A stretch of 64,000 bases of DNA from Tubiluchus corallicola (taxonomy: Eukaryota > Animalia > Priapulida): assembly GCA_030141605.1 (NCBI GenBank), contig JAQGDQ010000050.1:383971-447970 (forward strand). Direction: 5' to 3'. Every line of letters starts with the position of its first letter. The first letter of the stretch is position 1. The notes beneath the pieces were generated by a model that saw nothing but the letters and a program-made list of their open reading frames with translations, was not told the origin of the DNA and did not search any database. Made by a program: the position numbers and the translations under genes. Shown here in pieces: positions 36,294 through 49,034 of this stretch.

Positions 36294-37177
36294 ACGGGTT
36301 GGCAGTGATTTCAAGTGTAACGCACGTACTATTGCAAAGAACTAATATTACGTACAAAAAAAGTTAATAGTTGGGGTGAGCATCGAACGTTCGAATGAGT
36401 TTTTTTAGTTCGAATTCGATTCGAACCTAAAATTATAATTTCGAATAAGTCGGTACTTCAACCACATACATTCTTTATCATTAAACGGTTTGGTTCAGTA
36501 TGCAATTAACACAATTTAGCTGCAGTTTCAGAGCAAAATTTAAAGAAATTAATAGTGGTTTTACTGGAGAACCAAATCAAGTAATACGCATGATCTTTAT
36601 AAACTGCTTTTTAATAGTGGCTCGAAAACTTGTTCGAAAATCTGTCTAACTCAATTCAAATTCAATTTGATTCGAATTCGCTTAATGACAGAGAATGCAC
36701 ACCCTAGTTAACAGCAATAGCTAATAATTTGGTTCTTCTAACTCTATAGCCAAGCCTTAGATGCTTCGAAAAAAATAAACCAATCTTATACTTTCCCTCG
36801 GTGTTTCTTCCACCCATGTTGACACCAGACTCATCACTATAATTATAATTACAATTCAATTCAATTGTACAATAATTTTAGTTTTTTGTACAAACTTTAC
36901 TAAATCATAGTTCGAGGTGAGCACGCTGGTTTCGAATGAGTGTTTTTAATTTTAATTCATTTCTAACTAAAAGGTTCAAATAGTTCACCACTTCAACTAC
37001 ACTGAAGATTCTTTATCATTAAAACATTTGAAACAGCACACAATCAACATAATTTAGTTTGAATATCTGTACACAAGTTTCAGCAAATTATTAGTGTTTT
37101 TACTGCAGAACAAATCAATGCATGCTCTTTGTGACACTCCTTTTTATTAATACTTGCTTGCAAATACTTGCATACAA

Positions 37178-38538
37178 AGTCTAAGAGACCTAACCATAAC
37201 ACGGTTATTGACGGCCTTTCCTCAACGATTTGTGAAATTGCGGCAGATTTGATACATCAACTGTTTCACTATTAAGTGAATTCCAAGGGCCCACAACATC
37301 AGAAGAGAAGATATGAGCTCTGATATTAGTGCAAGAGTAGTGTACAAATAATTTAAAACTGTGTCCACGTAAATCAATTAGTGGTCTAGAAAAAAATTTG
37401 TCACTACGCAAACTAAAACTACCACTAATGACATTATAACAGTTAATAAGATCTATAGTATCACGGCGTTGTTCAAGAGAGGATACAGAGTCAGGTTGAA
37501 TACCAGAGGCCAGTCTAATACTTCTCCATTGAGTAATTTCTAAAACATTTTTAAGAGTAACAATCCTGTGGTGACCAAAAATTGCATGCATATTCTAGTA
37601 CTGGCCTAACTACAGCTTTATAGAGGTACAATAACTTTTGCACTACATTTTGAAATACAGCATTTTATCATTCCAATGCATCTATTGGCCTAAGAAATAA
37701 TATGCTCAATACGTGAATTCCACTTCAGGTTGTTTGAAATTCATACACCCAAATCACGTACAACTGATTTTTCTTCAATAACACCGTCTCTCAGATAATA
37801 AGGTATTGCAAAATTAGAACGAATACAAAAGTGCCCTGCATTTATAGCGTTTGAAGGACATTAACCAGTTGTCACACCACCGCTCAATTTCAAACAGGTC
37901 AGCTTGTAAGATCTCTTGTTCAGAGGAATTTCTAATTGGACATTAAGGTTTTATATCATCAACAAACAGTTGTATACATGTGTCAGGGGACACACAACCA
38001 GTAACATCATTGATAAAAATAAGAAAACAGTAAGGTCCCGACAAAGTCCCTGAAGTTACATTTCTCCAGGAAGTGGTTACACCATTTAAAACTACTCTTT
38101 GCCTTCTGTGTGTCAGAAAATAACGAAACCATTGGAGTAGCTAAAATTTCCTTCATATACCTGCAAATTCCACTTTCAACATGAGACGACGAACAGGAAC
38201 GGAATCAAATGCTTTTTCTAAAGTAACTGAATATATAGAACATCAATTGATGGGAAAGAAGGGTCAGGGATTAAGGAATTGGAACCAGTCATTTAGGCAT
38301 TCGAGATGATTTGTTACAGTGGAACATTGTGGTAATGAGGTGTTGATTATTATTGAATTGGCCAGAAGATAAGAGGAATTTTACTATATCATCCCACAAA
38401 AGAGATTCAAGACATTTAGAGGCAACAGAAGATAGAGAAATAGGGCGTAATTCATCACATGTCAAGTTGGTGCTAGATTTTTTGGGGATAGGGGCAATAT
38501 TACAATCTAACCAGACCTGAGAGATATGCCACACTCCA
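37178..38538 (-). mobile_element. CR1-clade LINE remnant (duplicated copy)
   Basis: Copy of 31985-33345 within the tandem duplication. Confidence 0.9.
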
Positions 38539-39211
38539 AGGATTTGCGAAAAAGATGAAAAAGAGGTAATGAGAATTGTGAGGCACATGATTTCAACATA
38601 AAACCGTGAATATTTGAAAATCTTTAAAACTGAATTCAAATTCGATTCGGATTCGAAATCTCAAAATTCAGTTTTATTTGAAGTCCTGTCATGCATGTTC
38701 CCTAATACCGGTATTTTTTGGTATTAGCATAAATTATAGCATTTTAATTCATTATCAGCAGAAAAGAATACAATGTCTGAAATGTCAGCTAGAGTGCCAT
38801 ACCCTTTTAATGTTTTGATCATAATGTTTCGTGGGTGAAGCCACAAATTGTATTTTTTACGTCCCTGTGCCCTACTTTTCTTTTTCGATATGATAGATGC
38901 AACACCTCTGCGCTTCACCATTCCATACACGCTTTCGCTGCTATTAAATTTTAATGAATTTAATGTAAAAACAATCACCAAGACACACATTCCCTGTATA
39001 TTATTATTATGTACTTCCTGTGCAAATACCGCTGAGCTTTGGAGTAAATTTCTAGGCGGAAGCAATGGAAAAACAGTTACAGCCACAACACAGCGTTTGA
39101 TCGTCCATTGTGATTGACATTCTGCGATTTATGTATTTTGTCAGATCATCTACAAGTTTCCTACAAGTTCTATAGATACAACTTCATCAATCATCTACAC
39201 ATTTCTACAAG

Positions 39212-39246
39212 TGGTGCCGAAAACCGGGATTAAACCAGGGACCTTT
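39212..39246 (-). pseudogene. tRNA-Phe 3' fragment (duplicated copy)
   Basis: Copy of 34019-34053. Confidence 0.75.
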
Positions 39247-40132
39247 TACAGTACGAAAATCCCAAATTCGATTTGATTCGATGTCGCTCTATGGCAGAGA
39301 ATCATCAGGCGGCGACTAAAAGAATCGTTATGTTATAATTTCCATAAAACAAACAGTTGATAACTATTACTTCTCTTAAAGTTACTGATTTAAATTTTAT
39401 CTCACAATGTTTAGCTATGCATATCTGATAACCATGATTAAAGTTAAATTTTATCATGCAAATGTTGTTTTTCTGAACATTAAAATATTCTCTTTGATCT
39501 GGTTTTGTGTTTTGGACCATCTATAATTATGTTTAATGTTTGACTATATTTAGGAACGGTTTTTGTTTTTTTGCTGTTGTTGTATTTTTGTTTTTTTGTG
39601 TTCATGAACGTTTATGTATTTTTTAATAGTTGTGTTCTGCTGTCATTAGCGTCTTTTGTTTACTTGTCTTTCCGAGAAGGGTGGTTGTCTCACTAACCTT
39701 TGGTTTTTCGCCACCATTTCTCTCATGTTCATTTGTATTTTTGTATAATTTATTGCTAAATTAATGTAAATTTATGGAGAAAAATAAAAATTACTTACTT
39801 ACTTATGTGAATCGAGAGCCTCGTGAAACGGTCGAAGAAAATGAACTAAATAAAGCACTTCACAAACAGAGACAAACTGTCAAAGAATACTGTGCTTGTT
39901 TTAGTAGAACATTCGAATCGTACGAAACATTGACGGAGATAAAATTTGAATTGAAAAATTTTTTTGCTTTAAGAACGAATTTGACGAATGAATAATTTTG
40001 TATGTTGGATGAATATAATTAAAAAATTCAGTGCCAGTCACGTCTACATTATATACAGTTATTTCACGTAAAAATATTTCGTGAAGGTAAACGTTTAAAT
40101 TCTTACAATACAATTTTTAAAAGTTTTTTAAT

Positions 40133-41200
40133 GTGTCAAAGTAAAATCAGGTTCCAAAGCTACTTGGCATTACCCTAGGTGAGAAATTAGCCTTTTATTC
40201 TCCCATTGTCATGTGTTGTTAAAGCAAAATCAGCTTCCGAAGCTACTTGGCATAACCCTAGATGAGAAATTAACCTTTCATTCTCACATTGTCAAACTTT
40301 CAATGAAAGCTAGCAAAGCTCTTTCAGGCATTAGAGAGAAATAAGAGGTATTGGTAATATTTCAATTGTGCATCTACTTTGTATAAAATTTATAAATCGG
40401 TTGTTTGTTCATTGGGCAAGTCGCAGTGCGTAAACATCTGGCTGTATTAGAGGCTGTTAAATGCATGGCTTTGTCTTTATGTCTGGATCTTCCTTCGACT
40501 GATGGTGTTGAAGTATTGGAGGTTGTCATTGCTGTACCTCCACTGAATCTACGATTTTCTGAATCTTCTATAATTTGTGTTCTTTAAATTATAGATTTTT
40601 TTAGATTTTAGATTTATTATATACAATGCCAATGTGTACACGTACATACAGAACAATATGTAATATACAAAGTTTATAAATCATCAGCACATGAAAACAC
40701 ATCAAGTCAACACTATATAAGAAAACATGTGCAGTATTAACTTAATAAATGTTCGTCTGTGATCTTCAATAGAAGACTTTATTTTCCAACAATTTTCCAA
40801 ACTTCTTCAATTATTTACAATCTACTCTAAACTTAATTACTATTGCCATAAGATTGGAAGCATCGATTCTCCTCTATGTGAGTGTAGGTTAGTGAAATCT
40901 AACAAACTTTTTTGTCATGTGCTTTATGCTAATCGAAGTTATGTGATGTTATACAATATTTCCCAATATACTGGCTTATCTAATTTAAGCTAATTGATAT
41001 ATGGAGTCGCTGATCAAGAAGATGTTGATATTGAGACAATAATTAAAGATCTCTGTTCTTTTATAGATAGCACTGAACGTTTAATCAAGCGGACACTATA
41101 ATATTGCCCACGTTTCATCAGTGTTGGAGTCATATCACCATGTTTTTTATTTCAGCTTTTGTAAATAAATTTTCCATTGTGATAAATAGCTCTTATTGTG
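40133..41200 (+). mobile_element. I/Nimb-clade LINE remnant (copy with intact 3' end)
   Basis: As above; continues ...STERLIKRTL TAA, then AATAAA near 41164. Confidence 0.7.
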
Positions 41201-41249
41201 TTGATTTAAGCCTTTACGTGAATATTTTGTCGATTAACGTTGATGCGGA

Positions 41250-41556
41250 GATGTGGCGACACACTTCCGCACAACAGATTATAATCTCTAACTGGAAAGT
41301 TATGGAATTAGGGTAATATGCTAATGTGGGTAGGAAATTTCCTGAAGCACGGAAGTCAATAATAATTAAGTAAGTATTATGTTGTGCCGCATAATAAACT
41401 ATAACTCAAGATTTAACTGATTATTTATCTTCAACAAAAATGGTTTTTCCAAAGAGAGTGAACATACAACCGTAATAGCCTTCGTTTCCGGACACCCAAA
41501 ACAGCGTCCGATCCCGCACCAACAGATCATCACCAACGACCGTCACACACATTTCA
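41250..41556 (+). promoter_or_regulatory. Probable BRF2 promoter and non-coding first exon
   Basis: ETS-type ACTTCCG and CGGAAGT motifs (~41263, ~41350), CpG-rich stretch, strong CA|GTAAGT donor at 41557; matching acceptor TTTTCATTTTCAG at 45993, 55 nt before the BRF2 ATG. Confidence 0.5.
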
Positions 41557-41750
41557 GTAAGTACTAGTAGCTAACTGGGGCTCCAGTGATAAATGCCTTC
41601 AAGACCGGTTTGGCTAATTTCACATTGATAGCTAATACCAGTTCACTTCGTTGCTCTGCATGAGCTTTGAACTGCTCACCACCCAGATGATTTTAGGGTC
41701 ATAATTGTGCTCAAGGCTTAAACATTAGGCTTCGGGACTCAAATCTGATA

Positions 41751-42429
41751 CAGCAAGTCCTCGTTTAATGACCCTATGCGTTCCAGCAAAATGCGACATT
41801 AAGCAAAACGTCATTAAACGAAGCTAAGACTTCCATTGAAAGTAATATAAAAGAAGTGAGATATATTCCTGAGGCAAAAATCAATACTGCTTAAATTACT
41901 TAATTTAAACTTTTTATGAGTTTTACTCATGTTTCTACTGACTAATTTCTTTCTGCTTGCTTGAAACCATCTATATATCTTACTTACCTAGCTAGCGGTT
42001 TCTCTTTCATTAACATTTAAGTCTAGGCAGCTGTTAAACAATAAAGACTGCAGCAGAGTCAAGCCAAGTCTTGGGGCGACCTTGAGAATTTTATCTAGAT
42101 GCTTAGACTTGATGCAGGCAAAATCCTTTGCATAAAGGTTGCAAGTCTCCCTTAATGAGAATGGTGTGGTCACCACTGTGTGGGCATTTAGTGGTCAACC
42201 AGTCAATATAATAATTGCACTGTTTAATGCAATAATGCAATATTTACTGTCTCAATGCATCAAATTGGTAAAAAAGTTGTTGATAAAATAAAAATTGATT
42301 TTGAGCAAAGTAAAAAAATCATTGTTAACATGAAACTGTGTGTCGTTAAGTGAAAAAAAGCTGTCAAATGTTCAGCTTCGTTAAAACGAAACATTGCTAA
42401 ACGGGGAGTCGTTAAGTGAGGACTTGTTG
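41751..42429. mobile_element. pogo/Tigger-like MITE (family copy 2)
   Basis: TA|CAGCAAGTCCTCGTTTAATGAC ... GTCGTTAAGTGAGGACTTGTTG|TA; homologous to 1447-2120. Confidence 0.85.
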
Positions 42430-43755
42430 TATTTTTCTTATTTGATTTAGATGTACTACTATGCCGACACTCCCTCAATTGGGCTTGTAAACTGGTATGC
42501 AACACAACTCCTTGAAAGTATGATTAGCCTGATGAGGCTGCGTGTTAGTGAAAGTAAGTCACATCTGAAATGTAACTTAAGTTACTTATGTTATTGCAAT
42601 GTGTTGTATATCAGCTTAGAAATTTTAGATGAGCATTGCGTGAGGAAGAATGGTACACTCTAATGATGGGCTGAGCTGAACGATGAGCAGCGAATGGCGG
42701 TGTGTGATTGTGATCGGTGATCAATCAACAAGTTTTGATCAGCTCGGCATTATATTGTTGATTAGTTTGGTAAACTGTCAAGCTGATCGTGCCATAAAAA
42801 TTGCTGATTTTGTAATAAGTGTAAACATGATATATATATAACTTTTAATAAAAGTTTTGAAATGTTGAGCATGTTGTTACGATAAAATTATTTACATGCA
42901 ACAACCATATTTTGTTCATTTGCCTTCCTGATGAGATCCCACACTCAAGGGACAGGTCGACCAAAACACATTTAGTCCTGCTGCTGAGTTTTAATCATTC
43001 TAGTAACTAGAATCTAGTTCCTTTGTTGTGCTTACTTACTTCACAGCATCATTTGCAATCTTGCTAAATTTCATCCCGTTGATTTGCGTCATGCATGTGC
43101 AGTGAATGATATCAATTTTTTATTAATTTTTTTATGAATCGGGTAATTTTGTGGGTTTTAATCATATTTGTAAATTTTTTAAGCTTTTGCAGTCCCTTGC
43201 AGCTGTGTTGGTATAGGCTCACTAAGCTGTAGCCATCTATCTAGAGTAGAAACTAGGGTTGATTATATCGTAACCTAGATTACCTAGTTTAAAAATAATT
43301 TTTTGATTTTTTTATAGCAACAATATTTATGTATTTTATCGTACTTGTGATCGATCGCTATCGAGACAGCAAAGTTCATTGGCTTGTCACCCAAAAATTT
43401 TGATAGGCCCATCTGTGATACCTGTGCTTAATTGTTCACAACTAGGAAAAAATGTAAGTGTGCACAGATGCTGATCTTTTGCTTAACAACTCTAGATTCA
43501 GTCAGACCTAAAAACCTTTTGAGTGAAACTTAGAAAGCCCGGAAATCATCTCGCCTCTGGTGGAGATTCAGCCTGGAGCAAATTAATGCCCCAGAAATTG
43601 GGTGTCAAAATTAAAATCAAAAAATTAAGGCATAGGTTTAAGAAAATTAAGTGGCAATTTTTGGGTACAACTGAGCTTTTTTATGTTGCAATTTGCTATG
43701 CTTTATAAATATATAAATATGTTCTTTTGCATACCTGAAAAAACTCACTAGCACT

Positions 43756-45440
43756 CAGGGGCATCGTGCACCCAAAAAAATGGGGGGGGGGGCGACTATA
43801 ATGGCGGATTTTAACTGTTTAAATTTTAATTTTAAATTTTGAAAATTTAATTTTGAAAAAAATAAACAGTATTTTGCGTGCAAGAAAAACGATTTATTTA
43901 ACATGGCATTTAACTTAAAGCTATAGCAACGGAAACTTAATTAAAATTAAAAATTAAATTAAAATTTAATTAAGTATTTATCAGTTGTCAGGAATCCGAC
44001 GCAGAACATCACTCCAGAAGAGCTCAACCACAGACTTCAAGTCCATATTCTTTGTTTTCTCAGCCTCAACTGCAAGGATCATCAGGTCACTCAGTCGCGT
44101 CTGACTCATTGTACTGCGGAGAGCATTCTTGACAAATTTAAGAGCAGAAAAGGATCTCTCACAAGATTGCTTTGGAAACAATCTGTGACATTCCCAGCAG
44201 ATCAGTCATGATTGCTAAACACAGACAAAATTCATAATTTATTGATTTTAGGAGGGAGAACGCCTCTCCAGCAGTTTTTCGATCATATGATGGATTTTCG
44301 GTAAAGGATTCCAATGTCATGACTACACCAGTCAGATTGTCCTTAAGTCTTGCAGTTGTCGACGCGAGATGACCACCAAGTTGCTGAAAGCGGGTGCAGA
44401 GTCTTGGATGCTTTGTTGTGTTCATTCGATTCGAGCTGTAGAATATCATCTCGGATTTTCGCAAATGCCGCGTGTCGTTTTCGGATTTTGCGCATGCGCC
44501 AAACACACGACACGGGAAACAGAATGCAGCATCAATATCCTTTACGTATTCCAACCATGACCTATCGTTGAACCACTGACCCTGAAATGATCTCGATTTT
44601 CCTCCCATTTTGGTCTTTGGGTATGCATCCACTACGTCCCGCAATGGCCCGCGACGGATGTACTCATCCTTTTGGATTCGTTCTGTTGGAATCGACGTTA
44701 CAGTAGATACAGACGCCGTAGAACCTGGGTCGGGAACACGGTTGGACTTGAAAAATGAAGTCAGATTGGACTGCCTCGACATCGTGTAAGAAATATAGCT
44801 AAAATCGCAGCGAAAACTAGCAAAGATTTTCCTAGCAGCAGAAAAATGATGAAATGTGCTCAAAATCACGCCCTTTTATGCAGCAAACTCGTGGGAAAGA
44901 GTCACTAAGGAGTAGCAAAGAGTCGTTAATGTCCAATCAGGAGGTGGCTGAGCCATGGCTCATCAATTGGTATCTCCCAAACCGACTCTCTGGTACTAGG
45001 CTAGCTGGACAAACTGACTCTCTGGTACTAGGCAAGCTCAACATGACTTCAATGTTTGCATTGTTTTTGCTCTATTATTTCACTTATTCTCTATTATAAC
45101 ACACTGCCGAACGAAGCTCGAGTGCTAACTGAGCCGTTTTGTTAACTAACAGTCTTTTGTGCAAAGACGCTAATGCTACTCAACGAGCTGCTTTGTTAAC
45201 TGTTCCTGCCTGCCTCCTGAATAGATAGATTACAGGCAAACAAATGAACTACATCCTGACTTTCAGGTAAACACATACTCATGCTCATACTGTTCGCATT
45301 TATGGAGCGCTGGCCGCGTGTCAAAAAGTCGGAAATAAATTTGCTCACCGGTCTCATTACGAGCCGCTGACGCCCTTCAAATTTTTGACATTTTCTAAAA
45401 AAATTGGGGGGGCCCGGGCCCCTATGGCACGACGCCACTG
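43756..45440 (-). mobile_element. Internally deleted hAT transposon (TTF-zinc-finger, Tip100/ZMYM1-like group)
   Basis: Perfect 8-bp TSD CTAGCACT; TIRs CAGGGGCATCGTGC / GCACGACGCCACTG; transposase pieces RSFQGQWFNDRSWLEY...AAFCFPCRVF and the dimerization domain SCERSFSALKFVKNALRSTMSQTRLSDLMIL. Confidence 0.95.
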
Positions 45441-46048
45441 CTAGCACTATGGAATGTGTGAGAACTGAAATTTGATGCATGTGCGAGTGTGAAAGACTTA
45501 AAACGTGTACTGTACACGTGTCACACGCCTAATTCATGAGAGTTGGCAGGTCCGTAATTGTGCCATCGACAAGCACATATTATATTATCTAATCCTCTAT
45601 GCAAGGTCTTTTAACCCACTAAGCCAAGCCCTAATCTTCACAGTGGTCATGAATGGTTAACTATGTCATGCGGAGTCATAAAGTATGCTGACTTAATGGT
45701 GTAATGCTGGTAAATTTACTATGGTCTGGAAAATCAGTTGTGTGAATCAGTTATAAACTATCTACTTCAAATGTTGTTTGTCACTAGTTAACAAAGAAAT
45801 TTTTTAAAGTCTTGTATAAAAGGAATTTCAGAGTAAGAATGAAATAGGCCCATGCTCTATGTCAATAATTTTTGTGCGCAATGAACTTGCTATCCACAGG
45901 CTACATTTTAAAATATTAATTTAGAATGAATGTATTTTAGTATAATGAGTTTTTTATACATCAGTTATATAGCAACTTCGTTTTCATTTTCAGTTTTATT
46001 TTGTGGAATCTTGCCTTGATTTGATGACTTTCTTGAAATCTGCAACAT

Positions 46049-47191
46049 ATGTCAATGATGGCAAATCAGTGTCTGTCGTGCAGCTCTTCGTCAATTATTA
46101 GTGACACAGATTTCGGATGCGACCATATGGTTTGTTCTAACTGTGGGTATGTTCTAAGTCAAGGTAGCTTCAAGCAAAACTCAGAGAATGATTTTACCTC
46201 AACTAAAGTTTATAGTGCTAATGCCTCTGTCAAAATGAGAATGCTGACTTACGTCAGAACTAGTGCTGGCAAAGTCATGGCTTTCAGGGAGATAAAAGAG
46301 TTAGGATCTAGATTTGGTTTCAGTCGAGACATGATTCAGTTTGCTGAAGAAATCATGAACACTGTACTTGCCAAGTACCCATCTGCACGAGTAAGTCATA
46401 AGATAGCTTTGGCTTCAGTATGCATATATATTACTATGCGTTCGTTTAGCTGGGCAACTACTCTCACTCAGGTACGCAGTGCCAGTAAGTGCAGTAACGA
46501 AAACTTTGCAAAATGGTACAACATACTTAAGAGACAATTTGGCTATCATGTTAACACTTGTTCATTTGCAGAGTTGCTCCCACAGTACAGCCATAAACTT
46601 AATCTGGATTCAGATCTTCAGGATTTGTACTTTGACTTGGTGTCCATGCTTGAGGAAGTACTGGCTGATTCATGTCGGGGTCGTGAGCAGATTTTAGTGT
46701 CTGCTTTATATTTAGTGCTGCAGCATAAACGAATGTCCAGTAAGGGATACATGCCAATAGAAGAGTTTTGTCATCTGTGCCAGATTCCATACAGAATGTC
46801 TATAAAAACGCGACTGTGTGAGATTTACAAAATTTTCTTTGCTGGTTTTTCATCAGTCCCATGGCTTAAATCATATAAGTGCACAAAACCAAATTGCCTA
46901 AAGTATTTGAAGGATATAATTTCTTTTTGGAAGCAAAACCAATATAAGTTCAATGGTGGTGAAAAACGCAGTGGAAAAACGTGTAAACGACGGAGTTCAA
47001 AGAAAAGAAAGTCACAAATAACTAAGCTGAGCCGTCAAACTAACCATGGAAGTGAAGCATGTGCCTTTGTAAGTTACAGTGAAGAATTAACAGAACATGA
47101 TATCAATGACAAAGACCTCCATGAATATATTAGAACTCCAGATGAAGTTCTTCATTATAAGAAATTGTTGAGTGAGACTGGTACGTTATAA
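46049..47191 (+). CDS. BRF2: Transcription factor IIIB 50 kDa subunit (TFIIB-related factor 2), 380 aa, single coding exon
   Basis: N-terminal zinc ribbon CLSC...VCSNCG, two cyclin-fold-like regions (ALASVCIYITMR; GREQILVSALYL), VPWLK...KYLKDII, and the BRF2-type C-terminal TBP anchor DINDKDLHEYIRTPDEV. Confidence 0.9.
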   Translation: MSMMANQCLSCSSSSIISDTDFGCDHMVCSNCGYVLSQGSFKQNSENDFTSTKVYSANASVKMRMLTYVRTSAGKVMAFREIKELGSRFGFSRDMIQFAEEIMNTVLAKYPSARVSHKIALASVCIYITMRSFSWATTLTQVRSASKCSNENFAKWYNILKRQFGYHVNTCSFAELLPQYSHKLNLDSDLQDLYFDLVSMLEEVLADSCRGREQILVSALYLVLQHKRMSSKGYMPIEEFCHLCQIPYRMSIKTRLCEIYKIFFAGFSSVPWLKSYKCTKPNCLKYLKDIISFWKQNQYKFNGGEKRSGKTCKRRSSKKRKSQITKLSRQTNHGSEACAFVSYSEELTEHDINDKDLHEYIRTPDEVLHYKKLLSETGTL

Positions 47192-47488
47192 ACCTTGTTT
47201 CTAATAATTGAATTGAATTATGAGCTTCAATGAGTTGTAGCGGTACACATGTTCCCGGTAGTCTGTAAACATAGAATTGTACACCTTTTTCTCTCAGACA
47301 CAACAGTTATAAGAATGCTTTCAGTTTCGTAACAAAATGTTACGTTGTGTGTAGAAGTAATTACTGAGGTTGTATTTTGGACTCTTAGGAGTTAGAACTT
47401 TGTTCTAGCAGTCCAGTCCAACATTTTACTCAGTGGGTTCATGGATGACATTATCATCATACTAACATTTTTTGTGTATAAGAGTTAT

Positions 47489-48224
47489 ATCAGGTGGCGC
47501 AAAAAATGTGCTGAAGTTTTAATCACAATATTGTAAGAAGAAAATAACGGAATCAACTGAAAATTACTGCACTGTTGTTGCAGATACTTATGTATAAACG
47601 CCAAAAATTTTAAGCCATTCCCTTAGGTTCTTCCAAATGTACAGAAGTTTTGAAGCAACAAGCAAAAAAAATAAATGCCTGAAAAAAATTTTGTATTTCT
47701 TCACTATTGCTAAAATTTATATCAAGTGCTCTATGTATCCACCATTTTCACTACAAGCTAGATGGTGTTTCCTCCAACACAGCTTCTCGCTTTTTTGAGG
47801 TTTGAGGCGTATTTTACCTTTAGTTCCTTTGTATCAAACAGTTCTGTGCAGCCATTGTACACTTTCTCTTTAAGGCAATTCCAGGTACCACAATCAAGCA
47901 CACAAACAAAGTGCTTTATTTTCTCTGGTGATGGCCATGATTGTAAATTGGTTGTATACCTTTATTATTTTGCTCCATATATATGTCACTGTACATCGCT
48001 GTTTTCCACTTGATGATTAGCTGACATTGTTCTGGGATTTAAATTTTTGACATACAAAAGCTTTTTAGTCTTAACTTACAAACCACTAAAACTATAAACT
48101 TGTAACTTTCACAGCCAAAAACTAATGTAAATAATATCATGTTGTGAAATTTCAACGTTTGTAGACCACACTCTTATATTATTGTAGACTCTAAACTTCA
48201 GCATGTTTTTTCTGTGCCACCCTT
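47489..48224. mobile_element. Tc1/mariner-like MITE
   Basis: CAGGTGGCGCAAAAAATGTGCTGAAGTTT ... AAACTTCAGCATGTTTTTTCTGTGCCACCC; inverted family member at 60513-61225. Confidence 0.75.
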
Positions 48225-49034
48225 TCAAAATTGGTGAACTAGTGAGCATGTAAACGTCTGTCTGCAGAATACCTGTGAAAATGGCTTACGTTTAGGAGCT
48301 AGTTTAAACAGTAATCGTAGTTCCATACCTCAATGAGCTCACTCTTTAGTCAGTATTTTTCTTAGTAGTATTGTCGAAAGTTGCCCATAAATTTATAACT
48401 AATTCACCCATCTGTTGCTACTGTGATCAGTATTAATATAGCTGTTATACTTCAAACTTTTTGTTAATTTTATTTTTTTTTGTTTGGCAGATTATATTAA
48501 TTTAGCAAAATGTGAGATATAATCCGTAATCAACTTCTCGTAGCATTCGAGTATGTGCAAGCCATATAACTTCCTATAGACTAGAAATATAGCACTCAAC
48601 AGTTAGCCGATTTTTGATATTGATCCGTTTTTGATATAAGCTAATTATTACTGTTAAATTAACAATAATAATTAGCTTATGTCAGATTTGTTAATCTTGA
48701 GAATATGATTAGTCATAAAGAATGGCTTGTAATTTTATTTGTTGTACAGAGCAGTCTTCGATAAGCTCTTTGTACTTCTACTCTCAGACACGACAAATAT
48801 AGGATAACCACCCGTGATTTGCCTAGACGTGTCAAGGAAACAAATATTTCTGATAATTGCCATGGAAAATCAACATTTTGCAACCGATCCCATAATTTAC
48901 AGCCAAATTCAAATGCAAGTCAATGAAGCTAAATCTAAGTAAATGTTGATCCTGTTAACTTTCTGGCACAATTATTATTTTTTAAGTATCATTTTCAGCT
49001 TGTTCACTTTCTAACTTGTACTTTGGATGTTTAA

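Larger units (their letters stand above)
30695..41085. repeat. Tandem segmental duplication, 2 x 5,193 bp (30695-35887 and 35888-41080), TTAAT at all three junctions
   Basis: The ORF track repeats with a constant 5193 offset; about 8 substitutions seen by eye. Confidence 0.97.

Noticed and set aside
30695-41085. Duplication unit as a tandem piggyBac/Kolobok insertion because of TTAA at the junctions
   Set aside because: The unit has no terminal inverted repeats and its ends cut through older elements; TTAAT is better read as microhomology.
42520-42570. Hammerhead-ribozyme-like CTGATGAG...GAAA (similar cores near 8902 and 42928)
   Set aside because: Stems I and III cannot pair and stem II is broken; at best a dead Penelope relic, and not supportable.
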